This document shows positions 12,389 to 24,410 of a stretch of DNA of 64,000 nt, in pieces (position 1 is the stretch's first letter; each line of letters opens with the position of its first letter). The position numbers were made by a program, and so were the translations under genes. This stretch comes from Dicyema japonicum (lineage: Eukaryota; Animalia; Dicyemida). The stretch is taken from positions 1,020,796 through 1,084,795 of the forward strand of contig RDEW01000010.1 of the NCBI GenBank assembly GCA_011109175.1, given 5' to 3'. The notes below the pieces were generated by a model, which was given only the letters and a program-made list of their open reading frames with translations, was not told the origin of the DNA and ran no database searches.

Positions 12389-14082
12389 TTATCGGGGTCT
12401 AAAGAGAAATTAAACTATATTCTTACAAAGCGACTTGACAGGCACGTGGTCCAAAAGTGAGTGGACATAAGGTGTATTCTTTACTCCAGATACTATAAAC
12501 ATTATTTAACAAAGAAATACGGGAGAAGGTCCTCGTTGGATGGTCATTTCCCTTAGCATCGAGGAATAGCCGTTTTCTACGGATAAATCAAATTTTAACG
12601 TAAATGGGGACACGTGATCTTCAAAATCGCTATTTAGTAAGCTATCCATTGGAAGTCTTGGTTTTTGGTTATTGGCGTCATTAAAGTAGAGTTTTTTGTT
12701 TTCCTGATAGGCAGACGACTTTTTGTTTGACGAACCGGAAAAAATGGACAAAATTGGGCATTTGTTCTGATCATTAAGCTTGGAGAACCTCCTTTCTGGG
12801 TAGACAAGGGATCTTTTATTCACTATGGGGTTTTCAGTCTTTCGGGTTGGAATAGAGAGTTGTTTTTTTAACAAATTGGATAAATTGATGGGAGATGACA
12901 TTTTCTTGCTTTGAGTGGGCTTATTCTTGCTGACTTCTTCGTCGAAGCTGTATCTTGGAGTATTCTGGTTTCTCAGAGACGGATAAATCATGTCATTTTG
13001 AAAACTTTGATGTTTCTTTTGGGCAACGTGGAGTTCTTTGTCAGTCGAATTTTTCTTCCTCGTGTCAGAGTTTGAGAAATATTCACATTTCAATGCCTAA
13101 AATGCCACAAATCACTACTGTAGCTGCAGAGGGACGACTTTCGGGATTAAACCTTAGCATCAGATCAAGAAGCTCAATCACTGAGTTGGAGGCCTTACGG
13201 ACGACTCCAAGCAAACTCATTTTGGCACAACTGGGCCATTTGAAGTTCATTTTTGTGGACAGGCGGTATCCCTCTGCCCATTCGGACTAGCAGAATTGAG
13301 GATAATCAATATTACTCGAGATGGGGTACCGAGGATCGTGCAGATCTTGAATAACTGGTCGATTTCGCTAGTCCCAGGGAAGACTGGCCTCGAATTGTGA
13401 AGTTCTATTATAATGCAGGCAACAGCCCAGATATCGACTGATGGGCTGTAGTTTGTGGACCTCAACAGCAACTCCGGGGCTCTGTACCTTTATGAATTCA
13501 AATTTGGGGATATACCATCTTGTGGACACATAGTCAGAAAACGGGGGACGGGACCGAATTTCTCTGGCCAATCCAAAGTCTGCCAGCTTGATTGAGTCAA
13601 TGTTGTTGTATAAGAAGTTTTCCGGTTTGATATCCCTGTGGAAGAAGCCCTGTCGGTGAAGGTAAGCGACCGCATTCAGAATTTGGTAGGAAATCGTCCT
13701 TATATTTTCCTCAGAAAATCCCTTGGATCTGAATTTACATTTCAGGGGTCAACCTCTTCTTCATTAGTTCGTAGAGGTTCCCATTCATGTGCTCAAAAAT
13801 AAAGTACAGGACGTCGTTCTCCCTAACAAGCTCTCTCAACTTGACTATGTTGCAGTGATGTAGTTTTCTTAGTGTCTAAATTGAACCTCCTTTGAACTCG
13901 ACCTTCACTTCCCTTAGTTCGAGGCACTCATCCCAGGAATAGTAATTCCTCTTCATCCTTAAATTGACCCTTGAATTCTACTTTTTGATGGCGACTTTTT
14001 CTTGGGTCGATTTCACAATCCCAAAGTAAACGGTTCCGTATGTTCCATCTCCCAGTATTTTTGAAATTAAGTATTTGTCCAT
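12389..14082 (-). CDS. MAK: MAK/ICK (CILK1)-family RCK Ser/Thr kinase
   Basis: Spliced translation reads [18 protein letters not shown]...VAIK|[19 protein letters not shown]|[21 protein letters not shown]...HRDIKPEN...[22 protein letters not shown]|[10 protein letters not shown]. Introns are 22-29 nt. The long low-complexity tail is ORF 12506-13093. The exact last exon and stop are uncertain. Confidence 0.92.
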
Positions 14083-14142
14083 AGACTTTATTAAAACCTT
14101 TTTGTTTCAAAATATTAGGAAATGTTAACAGTAAACCAAACG

Positions 14143-14155
14143 GTTACTTAGCAAA
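14143..14155. promoter_or_regulatory. Possible RFX X-box upstream of MAK
   Basis: GTTACTTAGCAAA lies ~60 nt upstream of the MAK ATG and resembles the X-box of ciliary genes (imperfect match). Confidence 0.3.
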
Positions 14156-15049
14156 TTTAAATATTGGCGATATAATAAGCGTAAAATTAATTTTATTTAT
14201 ATTCATTAAAATGAAGATAAGCTAAAATTATATAAATTGTCAGTTTTTTAAATGGAAATATTTTAAAGTTTTTTTGTTATATTACCTTGACCTGTCTCGA
14301 ATGCTATCATCTATCCCTTTCCAGAAACAATGACCGGGGTCGTCTGAAACAGATACACGATTATGTATCTACGAGAACCATCCGAAGATTCGGTGATAAT
14401 TAAATACTACACCGGTCCCTTCCTCCAATAGACTTATCGGAATCCTCTCTTCCGAGGGACATACGGGTAAACTTGGCTCGTCTATGAAATAGGAACCACC
14501 CCTCTCTACCGACGTACGTTCGTAAACTCGATGATGTAGAACCAATGAACCAATTTAATTAACAGGAAGTAAGGAGTTAGTTTATCAAATATTTAAACGT
14601 GTCCGCCTATGCGGCCTGGACACTTCCGATGAACCCCGTCTCCATTTTAATCTCGTCCTAGTGTTGGATCCCATGAATCCTGCCCTTATATCCTGTACGT
14701 AGTAGGTACAAAGCTAGTAAGCCCATCTCCAGTTAGTTCTCCCTTAGTGGATCCCTTCCCCAGTAGTCTCAAGCCGCCTTCTAGGGACCAATGATGTGGT
14801 TAACAAAGTCTTGCGTAGAACCCAATTCGAATGTAGGGAACATTTGGTATGGGTACCCATCGAGTAAGTCCCAACTCCAGTATGTACTTCTACGATAGTC
14901 CCAGGTCCCGTAGGGATCAAAGTCTGGAGGATGACAAAGTCCGGTGTAGACCTGGATTCGAATGTAGGGATTCAATTGGTGTAGGTACCAGGTCCAACTT
15001 GAAGAGTATTCAGAAAATTTGACCTTTGTCTACTGCGCTTTTCAATAGG

Positions 15050-15450
15050 TTTATTCGTAATATTGAATATATCCTTTCAACTTGTTATATGCTTCTCCAC
15101 CGTGTAATGGGTTCCTTCGTAATTGTGAATATATCCTTTCAACTTGTGATATATGTTTCTCCACCGTGTAATGGGTTCCTTCGTTCGTAAAATGTTTATT
15201 CGTCTTTAAGAGATTCACTCAAAGTGAATAGGTTCCTTCGTCTTGTAGGCTTTGTAATATGTAAAATCGTATCGTATTGTAAAATGGTCCTTGTTATATG
15301 TGTCGTTATATTGAAACTATTTCAACTTGAGAAAATGAAAGTAGCACCAATGTCCGTCTTGTAATGTTTATCTTCGGATCGTCTTGTAATATGGCTCTTG
15401 TAATGTGTATCTCCGGATCGTCTTGTAATATGGCTTTGTATTGTGTATCT
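15050..15450. repeat. Short tandem duplications (~60-bp and ~40-bp units)
   Basis: TTCGTAAT..GAATATATCCTTTCAACTTGT...GTGTAATGGGTTCC occurs twice, and TTGTAATG...CGGATCGTCTTGTAATATGGCT occurs two to three times. Confidence 0.7.
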
Positions 15451-15599
15451 TGGCATTGAAACTCTTTCGACTTGCGAACACGTAAGTAGCATAAATGGTC
15501 GTGGCACCAGCACGACGACTCATGAAAATCAAAAAATCTTGATGTAGAAGATTACCTCTGTTCCTTTTATACCCTCTCCGAGTTGACAGCAAACCACCT

Positions 15600-16190
15600 T
15601 TTTGAATGTCCTTAATTAGTACACTGTTCGTCTACAATGCTAAGAAACAAGAATACACACTGGGAGTAAACAATGCACACAGTCTGCGCTACCTAGGAGT
15701 AGACTATGGACACGCAGGAGATTACATGGACGACATAAAGGGGAGGATAAAGAAAGCCTTTCAGTCGCTCCTATGTACACGGAAGTTACAGGTTAGCCGC
15801 GACATCTACCTGTTAATCTTCAAGGAAGTTATTCTTCCTAGTCTACTTTATGGGTGCGAGGGGTGGTTCTTCTCTCCGAAAAGGGAGAAGATCTTATCCC
15901 TCCTAGAGAAGACTAGGAGAGCTGCAATTAAGCTCTCTTTAAACAAGAAACTGAAAGACTGTCCAAGCGAGGACGAAAACAAGTTCTTAGAACCGACTAG
16001 CAGGATTCTGGAGGATCGGATCAATGGTTTCAGGAGGAGATCAAAGATCCAGGACACGTATATAAAGCTGGGAGAAATGGCCTGAAAAAAAGGAAGGTTC
16101 AGGTGTGGATGCAAGTCTTATGGTAGGACTCAGATGTAATACCCTCCAGATACAAGTTATTGAAACAGTGGTTACTTAACTAACTAACTA
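15600..16190 (+). mobile_element. 5'-truncated LINE with intact ORF2 end
   Basis: RYLGV...RIKKA...VILPSLLYGCEGW, followed by a (TAAC)n tail. Confidence 0.8.
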
Positions 16191-16195
16191 ATCAC

Positions 16196-17885
16196 TAGGG
16201 CAATTTAAGTGCTAAAATGCTATTTTTATTTTTTATACTTTTTTAAATATACAATTGAATTTGGAATAATTATTTTTTAATTTTGTTAAAAAAAATACAT
16301 TATAAATGCTATAAGTGCTATTTTTAATTTTAAATGCTAATTTTTGTTTAAATGCTAATTTAAATTGCAGTTAATAATGTGTTTACGGATTCCGAAACCT
16401 GCAGGTCCAATTGAAAATTTCAAACCGATCGTGCTTTTGACCACTTTGCGAAAAACATTGTCGATTACAACATTGAATTGAATATCAAATTCAGTTGACC
16501 AATACTTGTCACCAAGTCAAAGCGGATTCAGACCAGGAAAATCAGTATGGAGTCATCGGTAGCTTACGGCAATATGTCAGAAGTGCAGAAAAACAATATA
16601 TACTCTGGGAGTCGGCTAATCAAAAGCATTCGACTGTGTCTGCCGAGATAAACTATTGCAAGTTCTCAAGGACATAATTGATGAGGACTGTTTGATGATT
16701 GTGCGTTTTTTGCTGGCTGACACGAGCCTCATAGTGAAAGTGGGGAAGGGCTATTCGGAAAAATTCACGACCGGCATGGTATTCTGCAAGGGGACTCGCT
16801 TTCGCCAGTTCTCCTTGCAATCTATTTGGAAGCTGCGTTGAGGGACGTTAGGAAAGAATTAGGTCACTTAAATAATCATTTTGTTGAATTAATGTATGCT
16901 GATGACATCGATTTTGTGTCTGAGGATGTGGTGGTACTAAGAACTGTAATAGATAAAGCCACAACAGTTCTGGAGAGGTGGTCTTTGAAGATCAATTGAG
17001 AAAAGCGGAGTTAACTTCGATTAAGCGGTTCGATGGGAAATGGAAGTTTACTAAAAGGCTCGGCTCGTTTTTGGGTGATGCTGAGGACATTGCTTGCAGA
17101 AAGATGTTGGCATCGTGTGCACTGAAAAGATGTGGAGTATTTGGACTCGCAGAAAACTTATCTCCTTAAATCTTCGGATGCGCTTATATAGCGCGTTCAT
17201 ACAACCAGTCCTATTATATAACTCGGGAACATGGGGAACATCAAAAACGGACCGTGACTGACTAGACACATTTCATAGAAATCAATTGAGAAAAATTGCG
17301 GGAATTAAATGGCCACAGATTATCAAAAAAGACACTCTCTACAAATTATGTAAATGCAAACCGATAAGCAGAGAAGTAATTACCTCACGCTGGCGACTTA
17401 TCGGACATGTTCTGAGAATGGACGAAGTGATTCCTTGCAATCAAATGATGGAGGATTACTATTATACAAGGACTACATTTTGATAATGACAAGGCAAATA
17501 TCAAAAATTATATAAATAAAAGAATGGAGGAAAATAGATTTAAACTTATTATTGAAATGACTGAACCAAAAATTAGCCAACAAGATTATTTTTCTCTTTC
17601 ACGCTGTCAGGCATCCTATGCATCTGTTGAAAGAGCTATTAAAATGCTAAAAAAATTAAAAAAAAAGATAGGAACTTCCATCCAGACAATATCAAGCATT
17701 GACTTTTATTATATTACATTAAATAAAATTTAAATGTTATATTTTATTATTTTAAGTTATAGATTTTACAATTTTAAATGCTAGATTTTATCATTTTAAG
17801 TGCTAACTTTTTTAATTATAATTGCTAGATTTTGTGATTTTTTAGCGCTAAAAAAATTTTTTAAGTGCTAGAAACACTTGCCCTA
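16196..17885 (+). mobile_element. hAT-type DNA transposon (internally deleted)
   Basis: TIR TAGGGCAA...TTGCCCTA, perfect 8-bp TSD CTAATCAC (16188-16195 and 17886-17893), subterminal TGCTA repeats and a CQASYASVER dimerisation motif. Confidence 0.9.
16380..17480 (+). mobile_element. RTE-like LINE nested in the hAT element
   Basis: QGDSLSP, YADD, LYNSGTW and RWRLIGHVLRM motifs with frameshifts. Confidence 0.85.
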
Positions 17886-19239
17886 CTAATCACTTATTTT
17901 TTTGTTACCGTGGTCTTTGGTATTATTATCCAATGATTGGTTGAGTGGCTGACGCCTCTCTAATAATGTCTATGTATCGTACTCTCAGTCTGTCTATTCT
18001 ACTCGGAGAATAACATCGATGAACTGCGCAGAGGTGCGAGGAAGAAAGCTACATGGAGAAAACTGGTGGAATGTATAGTGAAGAGCACAGCAATAGCGGA
18101 ACCCTGAGTATTCATATGCTTTTAGATAAAACAGGGGTGCATTTAACTAACTACCTTAACCAAGTGGTTATTTTGCCTAAAGATGTAAGCATGAAGGACG
18201 TGGATGACTAGGAGACATCGGTAGCGTGAGGTTCTATACAAAGAAAGTGTCGGATACATGTAAATTCCGTGTTTGAATCCTGTCTCTCCAAAAATTGAAG
18301 ATAGTTTGAAGGATCACTTCTAAGAAGCTCCACATGTGACATGATAGTTAATATGGCTCCATGTATGTCGTTAATAAGTTTGAGATGAGTAGCATGAAAA
18401 TTATCCACATGGGAGATCTCATCACTATTTTTCATTTTACCTCAATCTCGCTATAATCCTTAATGAGCCCAAAAAATACTTTGCAACCCCAATCCATAAC
18501 CGTTAATATAATTTGAAGTCTTACAATTTTTGTGTTAAGTTTTATTAAATCTCATTTTTATTGATTTGGGTCTTATTTCGATCGGCAATCAAAACATCTT
18601 TAATTGAAACAAATCAATAGCGCTAGTTAACTCTGAATTGAGAGCAAAGAGAATTGAATAAAAATCACCCCCAAACCCAATAACCTTAAAGTTTCATCAG
18701 AGTCCCATCCACCATCTTAGATTATTATATTAGGATTTTTATTGAGATCTCGACCTACGGGAGACTTATAGTGGATCTAACCTAGAGACTAGGTTCCCAA
18801 TTCCATATACAAATCGAGTGAATAAATTTCTCTATAAAAGCGTGAATGTTGTGGTTTATATCTTACACAGTAATAGATGAGCGGTTTATAGGATTCCATG
18901 CATTAACAAACTCATGGATAATTCGACTTTCCTGGTTAACATAGTTATCAATTACTTCTCTTCCCCTTTCTATTAGAATGGTGTCATGTGATTCACCTGT
19001 CTCAGGTGACTCCCAGTGCCACGATGGCACGAAAAATGTGCTCTCCTCTACTCTATCGAATGGATTCCCACGCTGGATGTGTTCTTTCCTTTCCGGTGGT
19101 TCTGTTTCTGCGACCATGGGGATCATACATTTAATTAGTTGTCGACTATTGACTTTTCTCGTATAATAAATTCGATTGCAGAAAATATAATGACTGTCAA
19201 AGATGTCAAAGAGTAAATCTGCTGGTCGTCCAACAAACG

Positions 19240-19620
19240 ACTTGAAACCACTGAAAAAAGTATTAACAAACGACTTAAACTACATGCTGACACTTACGAT
19301 TTAATTACGGAGTACTAGCTTGGGACCAAGCGGCATTGTAAAAGAGAAAAGGAATTGGCACTTTTAAAAAGATGTGTAAACAAAACCCAAAAAAACAAAC
19401 TGTTCTATGTATGGATTGATGTTAAGAAGGCTTTTGACTCAGTCAGTCATGAGTGTTTTGTTAAAACCCTGAAAAACTCGGAACTGCCAGAGTGGATAGA
19501 TAACCAAATTTGTAATATCCATTATTACAAACTGGCGTGTGTCATTAAGGCTGGGGAAAACCTATTGGGAACGATTGATATTTAACGTGGTATACTCCAG
19601 GGTGACTTTCTATCACCTCA
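19240..19620 (+). mobile_element. R4/Dong-like RT fragment
   Basis: WIDVKKAFDSVSH and RGILQGD motifs. Confidence 0.7.
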
Positions 19621-19629
19621 GTTATTTTT

Positions 19630-20530
19630 AAAAAAAACTCTCTCAAATATGCCACTTTTAAATTTTCCATTTTTATCGATTTTTCTATTTTTCAATGATA
19701 TTTGCCATTTAAAAAAATTATTTTTTAAAAATTTAAATAATTTAAAGCAAGCATGGGTCGGGTTGTTCCTGGTGGAGGCTACACCAGACTTTCAATTGCT
19801 CAAGAAGTGTAAATATTGCTGTATAAAGAAACCAATAAATCAGACAAACTAAAAACTTGTAAAAAATTAAAATACCTGGAGCTTGATGAAAATCTGATTG
19901 GCTGGATTCAATGGACTCAAAAGGTACACTATTTACTCTAACATTTAAGGTGCTTTATCGAACGATTCTCTAATATTACATAAGGCGGAATTTTTCGATA
20001 AAAAACTTTCTTTAGCGATATTGGAATGCGAAAAGAACTCACTACATCAATCATATTGTTATCAGCACTTTCACGAGAGCCATAATATTTATAGCCCCGC
20101 ATGTGAAGATGAATCATATAAGAAGTTAAATCTTGGGGATTCTGTATTGTTTGTAAAAATGGCATGGGAAAATGTGATATCTCAAACAATTGAAATTTGT
20201 TTTGAATGTATTTAACGTACAGAATGCGAATGAGAGTTTACTAACATAAATGTAACTGATGAAATCGTTTCCAGAACAGATATTTATGATCCTATTGAAA
20301 TATAAGAATTTATTTCAATTGACTACAGTGAAAGGAGGCAATTGATGAAAAGGAGAAATTAATTGCTAGGAGCAAGAAGAATCCGGTTGTGTGTAGTACA
20401 TGAGACATTAAACGAGGCTGAAATGCTTTTAAAATAAAGAAAGATTAAAAATTATCTTCTAGAAAATATTAAAGATGAAAATGATGCAGAAATCATTACT
20501 TCAATAAGATGTAAAGAAAATATTAAAAAT
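19630..20530 (+). mobile_element. Second, deleted copy of the pogo/Tigger element
   Basis: High nucleotide similarity to 2421-4500. Confidence 0.85.
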
Positions 20531-21237
20531 TCTTAAAATTAAGTCTAAATCCAAAATTTTGCATTTAGTGATATCTTTACAACAGTGAATCAGCTTATCT
20601 TGAAGCTACAAAGTAGAAGATCGGACTTAATTATCTGAACACGAAAAAAAATGTATATGGGGAAATTGAAATTTTGGAAAAAAACAGTTTGAGAAAAACA
20701 ATCTGGCATCACTGATATTATTTGAAAATTTGAACCATTCAAGATTTTTGAATTAAAAAATTATGAACCAAGAGATGAAAATCTTGAATTGGCTGAAATG
20801 GTGTCTTTATTAGAAAAAATTGTGAAACTGAGAACATAGTTGATAAAGAAGGTTTCATGCATACATAATAATAGACTCTCACCCAAATGTTTTCCAGCAT
20901 GAAGAAACAATCATAATTTCTTTTCCTACAAACTGGATGGTTGAATCTGGCTTTTCAGCTATTTTGGATGTTTTTAGTAAAATAACAAAACACATATGGT
21001 TCAGCAGCAGAGGAACAATAAGACTGAATACCTGCATTAAGATTTACTTTGATATCTTGTGTAAAAAACAACAAGTTCAAGTTAGTCACTCGTTTATTGA
21101 ATGTTGTTAATTTTTTTATGTTTATCCTCGATTATTTAAATAAAAAGCTTCAAAAAATAGTTGGTTAGTTATATTTTTATGAAATCGCTCTGTGGACCAC
21201 AGCAAATTCTCTGTGGTCCACGTTGGGAACCATTGGT
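20530..21237 (+). mobile_element. hAT Charlie/Buster-like 3' remnant
   Basis: SDIF...LILKLQ and TTWMVESGFS motifs, and a terminal GTTGGGAACCATTG resembling a Charlie TIR. Confidence 0.65.
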
Positions 21238-21269
21238 TTAAAGTACCGAAGATGAAAAAAACATCGAAC

Positions 21270-22320
21270 TTCAATTTGAAATATAAGATTCACTGTTCAG
21301 AGCCATCTTCCTGACCACGTGTCCTGCCAAGTTTAAAGGAAAATCCTCAACTATTTGACATTTTGGAAAATATGTAAATAAGAAATGCAATTGGCTAATT
21401 GGAGACATAGGGCATAAACTTTCCTTAATATGGTTCATTGTTAATACAAAATAAGAGAAGACAAAAAAAGAAATATCTAGATGAGATGGGTAACACCTTG
21501 GGATAGAATTCACGAGGGATCGATCGACAACCATTTAGCTATTAATTTATTCTCCTTTGTCTAATACACCATTTTTGTAATGTACTTGATGCCGAACCTC
21601 CCTCCTGACCAGGGATGGAGATGTGCAAATTTTAATCCAGAAAATTCCATTATGAGAGCTACCAGAACAATCAGTTCTGAATCGGTTATCTCACGAACAT
21701 GCGCTCCAGTATCTTGTTGGAAGAAGTAGATGTTGAGATATATCTCTAAGGGGTACCATTAGAGATGTAGTAGAATCGGGACATATAGGAATGAAAACTT
21801 GTTGACACAGTCTTCCGAAAAGGATTTTGTGACCCAGCATGAGGCATCTATGCTGAACTGATCTTGTTCGTGAGAACCACATGAGAAATGTGTTAAAAAC
21901 TTTTTTCAGGTCGATTGAGACCGAAACATTTCTTTAGGAGGTTTTCAATTATTTTACCTTCTGCAATAAACTGTGTGAAGGTAGATAGATGGGAGGTTGT
22001 TAAATGAAAGGCGACGGAAACCCATGTTGTGTTTTAAAAAGTTGAGGTACCCTGAAATCATGTTCTAGACTATGCTTTCCAAATTATAAGAAATCTTCTT
22101 TGTGTTTATGGCACATTGTACACATCCATCTGTGCTCCATTCAACGTGCGCCGTCGACCTTCCAGGTCTGAATCCATTTGAAAACAAAAAAGTTGTCTCT
22201 GAGAAAAGCTGGAATTTTGTGACCCGAACAGCTAAGAAACACACATATGGCCACAATCACAGTAAAATACCAAATGGACCCAACTATAGACATTGTGCAG
22301 GCTCTAACGAACTTACAAAT
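21270..22320 (-). mobile_element. I/Jockey-like LINE RT remnant
   Basis: QHGF and SIDLKKVFNT (degenerate IDLxKAFD) motifs. Confidence 0.65.
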
Positions 22321-22329
22321 TAATTTTCC

Positions 22330-23240
22330 TGTTTAACACAAAAAAATCATCGTCTACATGGATTACGAAGGGAAATATTTCTCCAAAGGCTGAAGCAATG
22401 TTCTTTCTTTTGCAAGATAAAAATATCTTTTTCCGGGATCTTTGTCTAAACTGGCCACATTGCAATACCTCAAAAAACGGTCGATCATATGGCCATGAGG
22501 TGTAACAAGATGCTAAACTTTGACTATACAAGACGACACAATGAAATAGTCAAATGAATTCACATGTACTTATCCAGGAAATTCGGAATTAAAAAATCAA
22601 ACAAATTGAAGTCGCATTGTTTCAAAGCATAATTACAAACCAGTATGCTGAGATCCGAGTTGATACGACTATTCCAACAGAGTCCAAGTCCAGTATAACA
22701 AGCCTGACATTTTCTTGTATGATAAGAGAATGATCCAAATATGGCTGGTTGAAGTTGGAGTAACATCAATGGACAATCTTAAGGCTGTTGAAGTGGAAAA
22801 AATTATAAATTTGATATTCTTGCGAGCGAATTAGAGATCATACAAAAAGCAAAAATGAATATACTCCCCATTGTTCTGACCTGGGATGAGATTGTCTCCT
22901 GGTTTTTCAAGTCATCATGAACATCATTGGAATTACGGGTAGCACTCGAGCGTACATCCAAACGATTGCGCTAAAAAAGAGCCTGAAGAGCATGACTAAC
23001 GAATATAAGCACAACTTCGATGACCTAACAATGGGGATCAATAAAAACTGGAAAGTGGTGCGGAATCCTCTTATTGGTTACAAGTCGGGAAGGAGGAAGC
23101 ACGACACTGATAAAAAACTGGATGGTCCAAAAATAAGGGGAGAAGCAGAAATGCTAGCAAAAGAATTTCAAAAACTGATGGACTGGTTGGAGAGTCCGGA
23201 AAGTTCTGAAAGGACCAGTAGAATAAAAATGGGGACTAGA
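22330..23240 (+). mobile_element. R4/Dong-like RLE retrotransposon 3' part
   Basis: YNKPDIFLYDK...LVEVGVTS...VEVEK, then PIVLTWD and YIQTIALKKSL. Confidence 0.8.
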
Positions 23241-24410
23241 AAAGGGTTTGATTCAGTCTCCGGATATTTAATTAAAAACATTGCCAGAACTACCGCGAAT
23301 CGGATAAAATTAAAAAATTTCATAGGCTCAACCGTTTCAAGAAGCGTCATAAACTATTTTTAAAACATTTTCTGGTGAAAAGAATTCCAGTAACAAAAAT
23401 TCAATTAAAAAATTTTACGAAGAATATGTTTTTTACTAAGTTAAATATGGAAGATATTTTTAATCAACAAATTTTAATTCTTTGTAATAATGCTAGATGT
23501 CACATTTGTCAAAATTCATTATTTACTGCTTGTCCTGAAGCACTTAGAGAATATTATGATTTCAGACTTAACGTCTCCAAGAAATTACAATAAAATACAA
23601 TATTGGGGGAAAACTAGCGATTACTATTTTAGTTAATAAATAAAATGGCTTTTTTATTTTTAATATGCTATTTAATTTAAAAAAATAAAAAAATAGTATT
23701 GAAAAAAGATAAATTATTTTACTCTGTATTTGGGGTATTTTCTATTGGGACAGGGGTTGAACTGCATATGCCGCGGTATGTTTGATACAATTTTTTTCAC
23801 AAATCAAAAAATTAAAATTATCATAACTTTTTTCTCCGCTATATATGTATGGTGTTAATTTCTTTATCTTCATCATCTAGAATTGGCAATTCTTCGTTTT
23901 TCTTGTCCCCCTGAATTTTTTCGATAGATGAAGTACTAATACTTCCTCAATTCATTTTGACCGTCAAAATAAAGTAGCGCTTCTAATTCCAGTTTTTTTA
24001 TTTTTTAGAAAGATTCACATTGGAAAAAAATCAAATACTCTTTGTTTTGTTGCATCGTGGAGCATATTTATAATCGCAAACAATGTTTTTGCGTGGAGTT
24101 TCGACTTGTCCCTGTATCCATGGAGCTCATGGTCGTCCCGAAACGTGGAAAATGATGTATTTTTTGTAAGGTAGTTCCATATGGGAATTTTTGAATTCCC
24201 TTCCATTATCTTTAGAATTCGGCGAATCTCATTTACAGATTTGCTAACTTTTACCACGTCAATTTTTGAAAAAAATCAATTAAAACAAGAATCTTTTAAT
24301 TATACTGCGAAATAATTACCAAGGACTAATTTTCATTTTGTGTGGAATATCGCCTTAAATCGACAAGATCTACAATGTATCGGTCTCTCTGCCCATAAAT
24401 AGGCGTAATT

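Noticed and set aside
14590-15040. Possible LTR/gag fragment
   Set aside because: No paired LTRs, PBS or diagnostic motif; left unassigned.
18985-19060. Hammerhead ribozyme (retrozyme) call for the short retroposon
   Set aside because: GAAA follows a hairpin, but the CUGAUGA core is missing on both strands.
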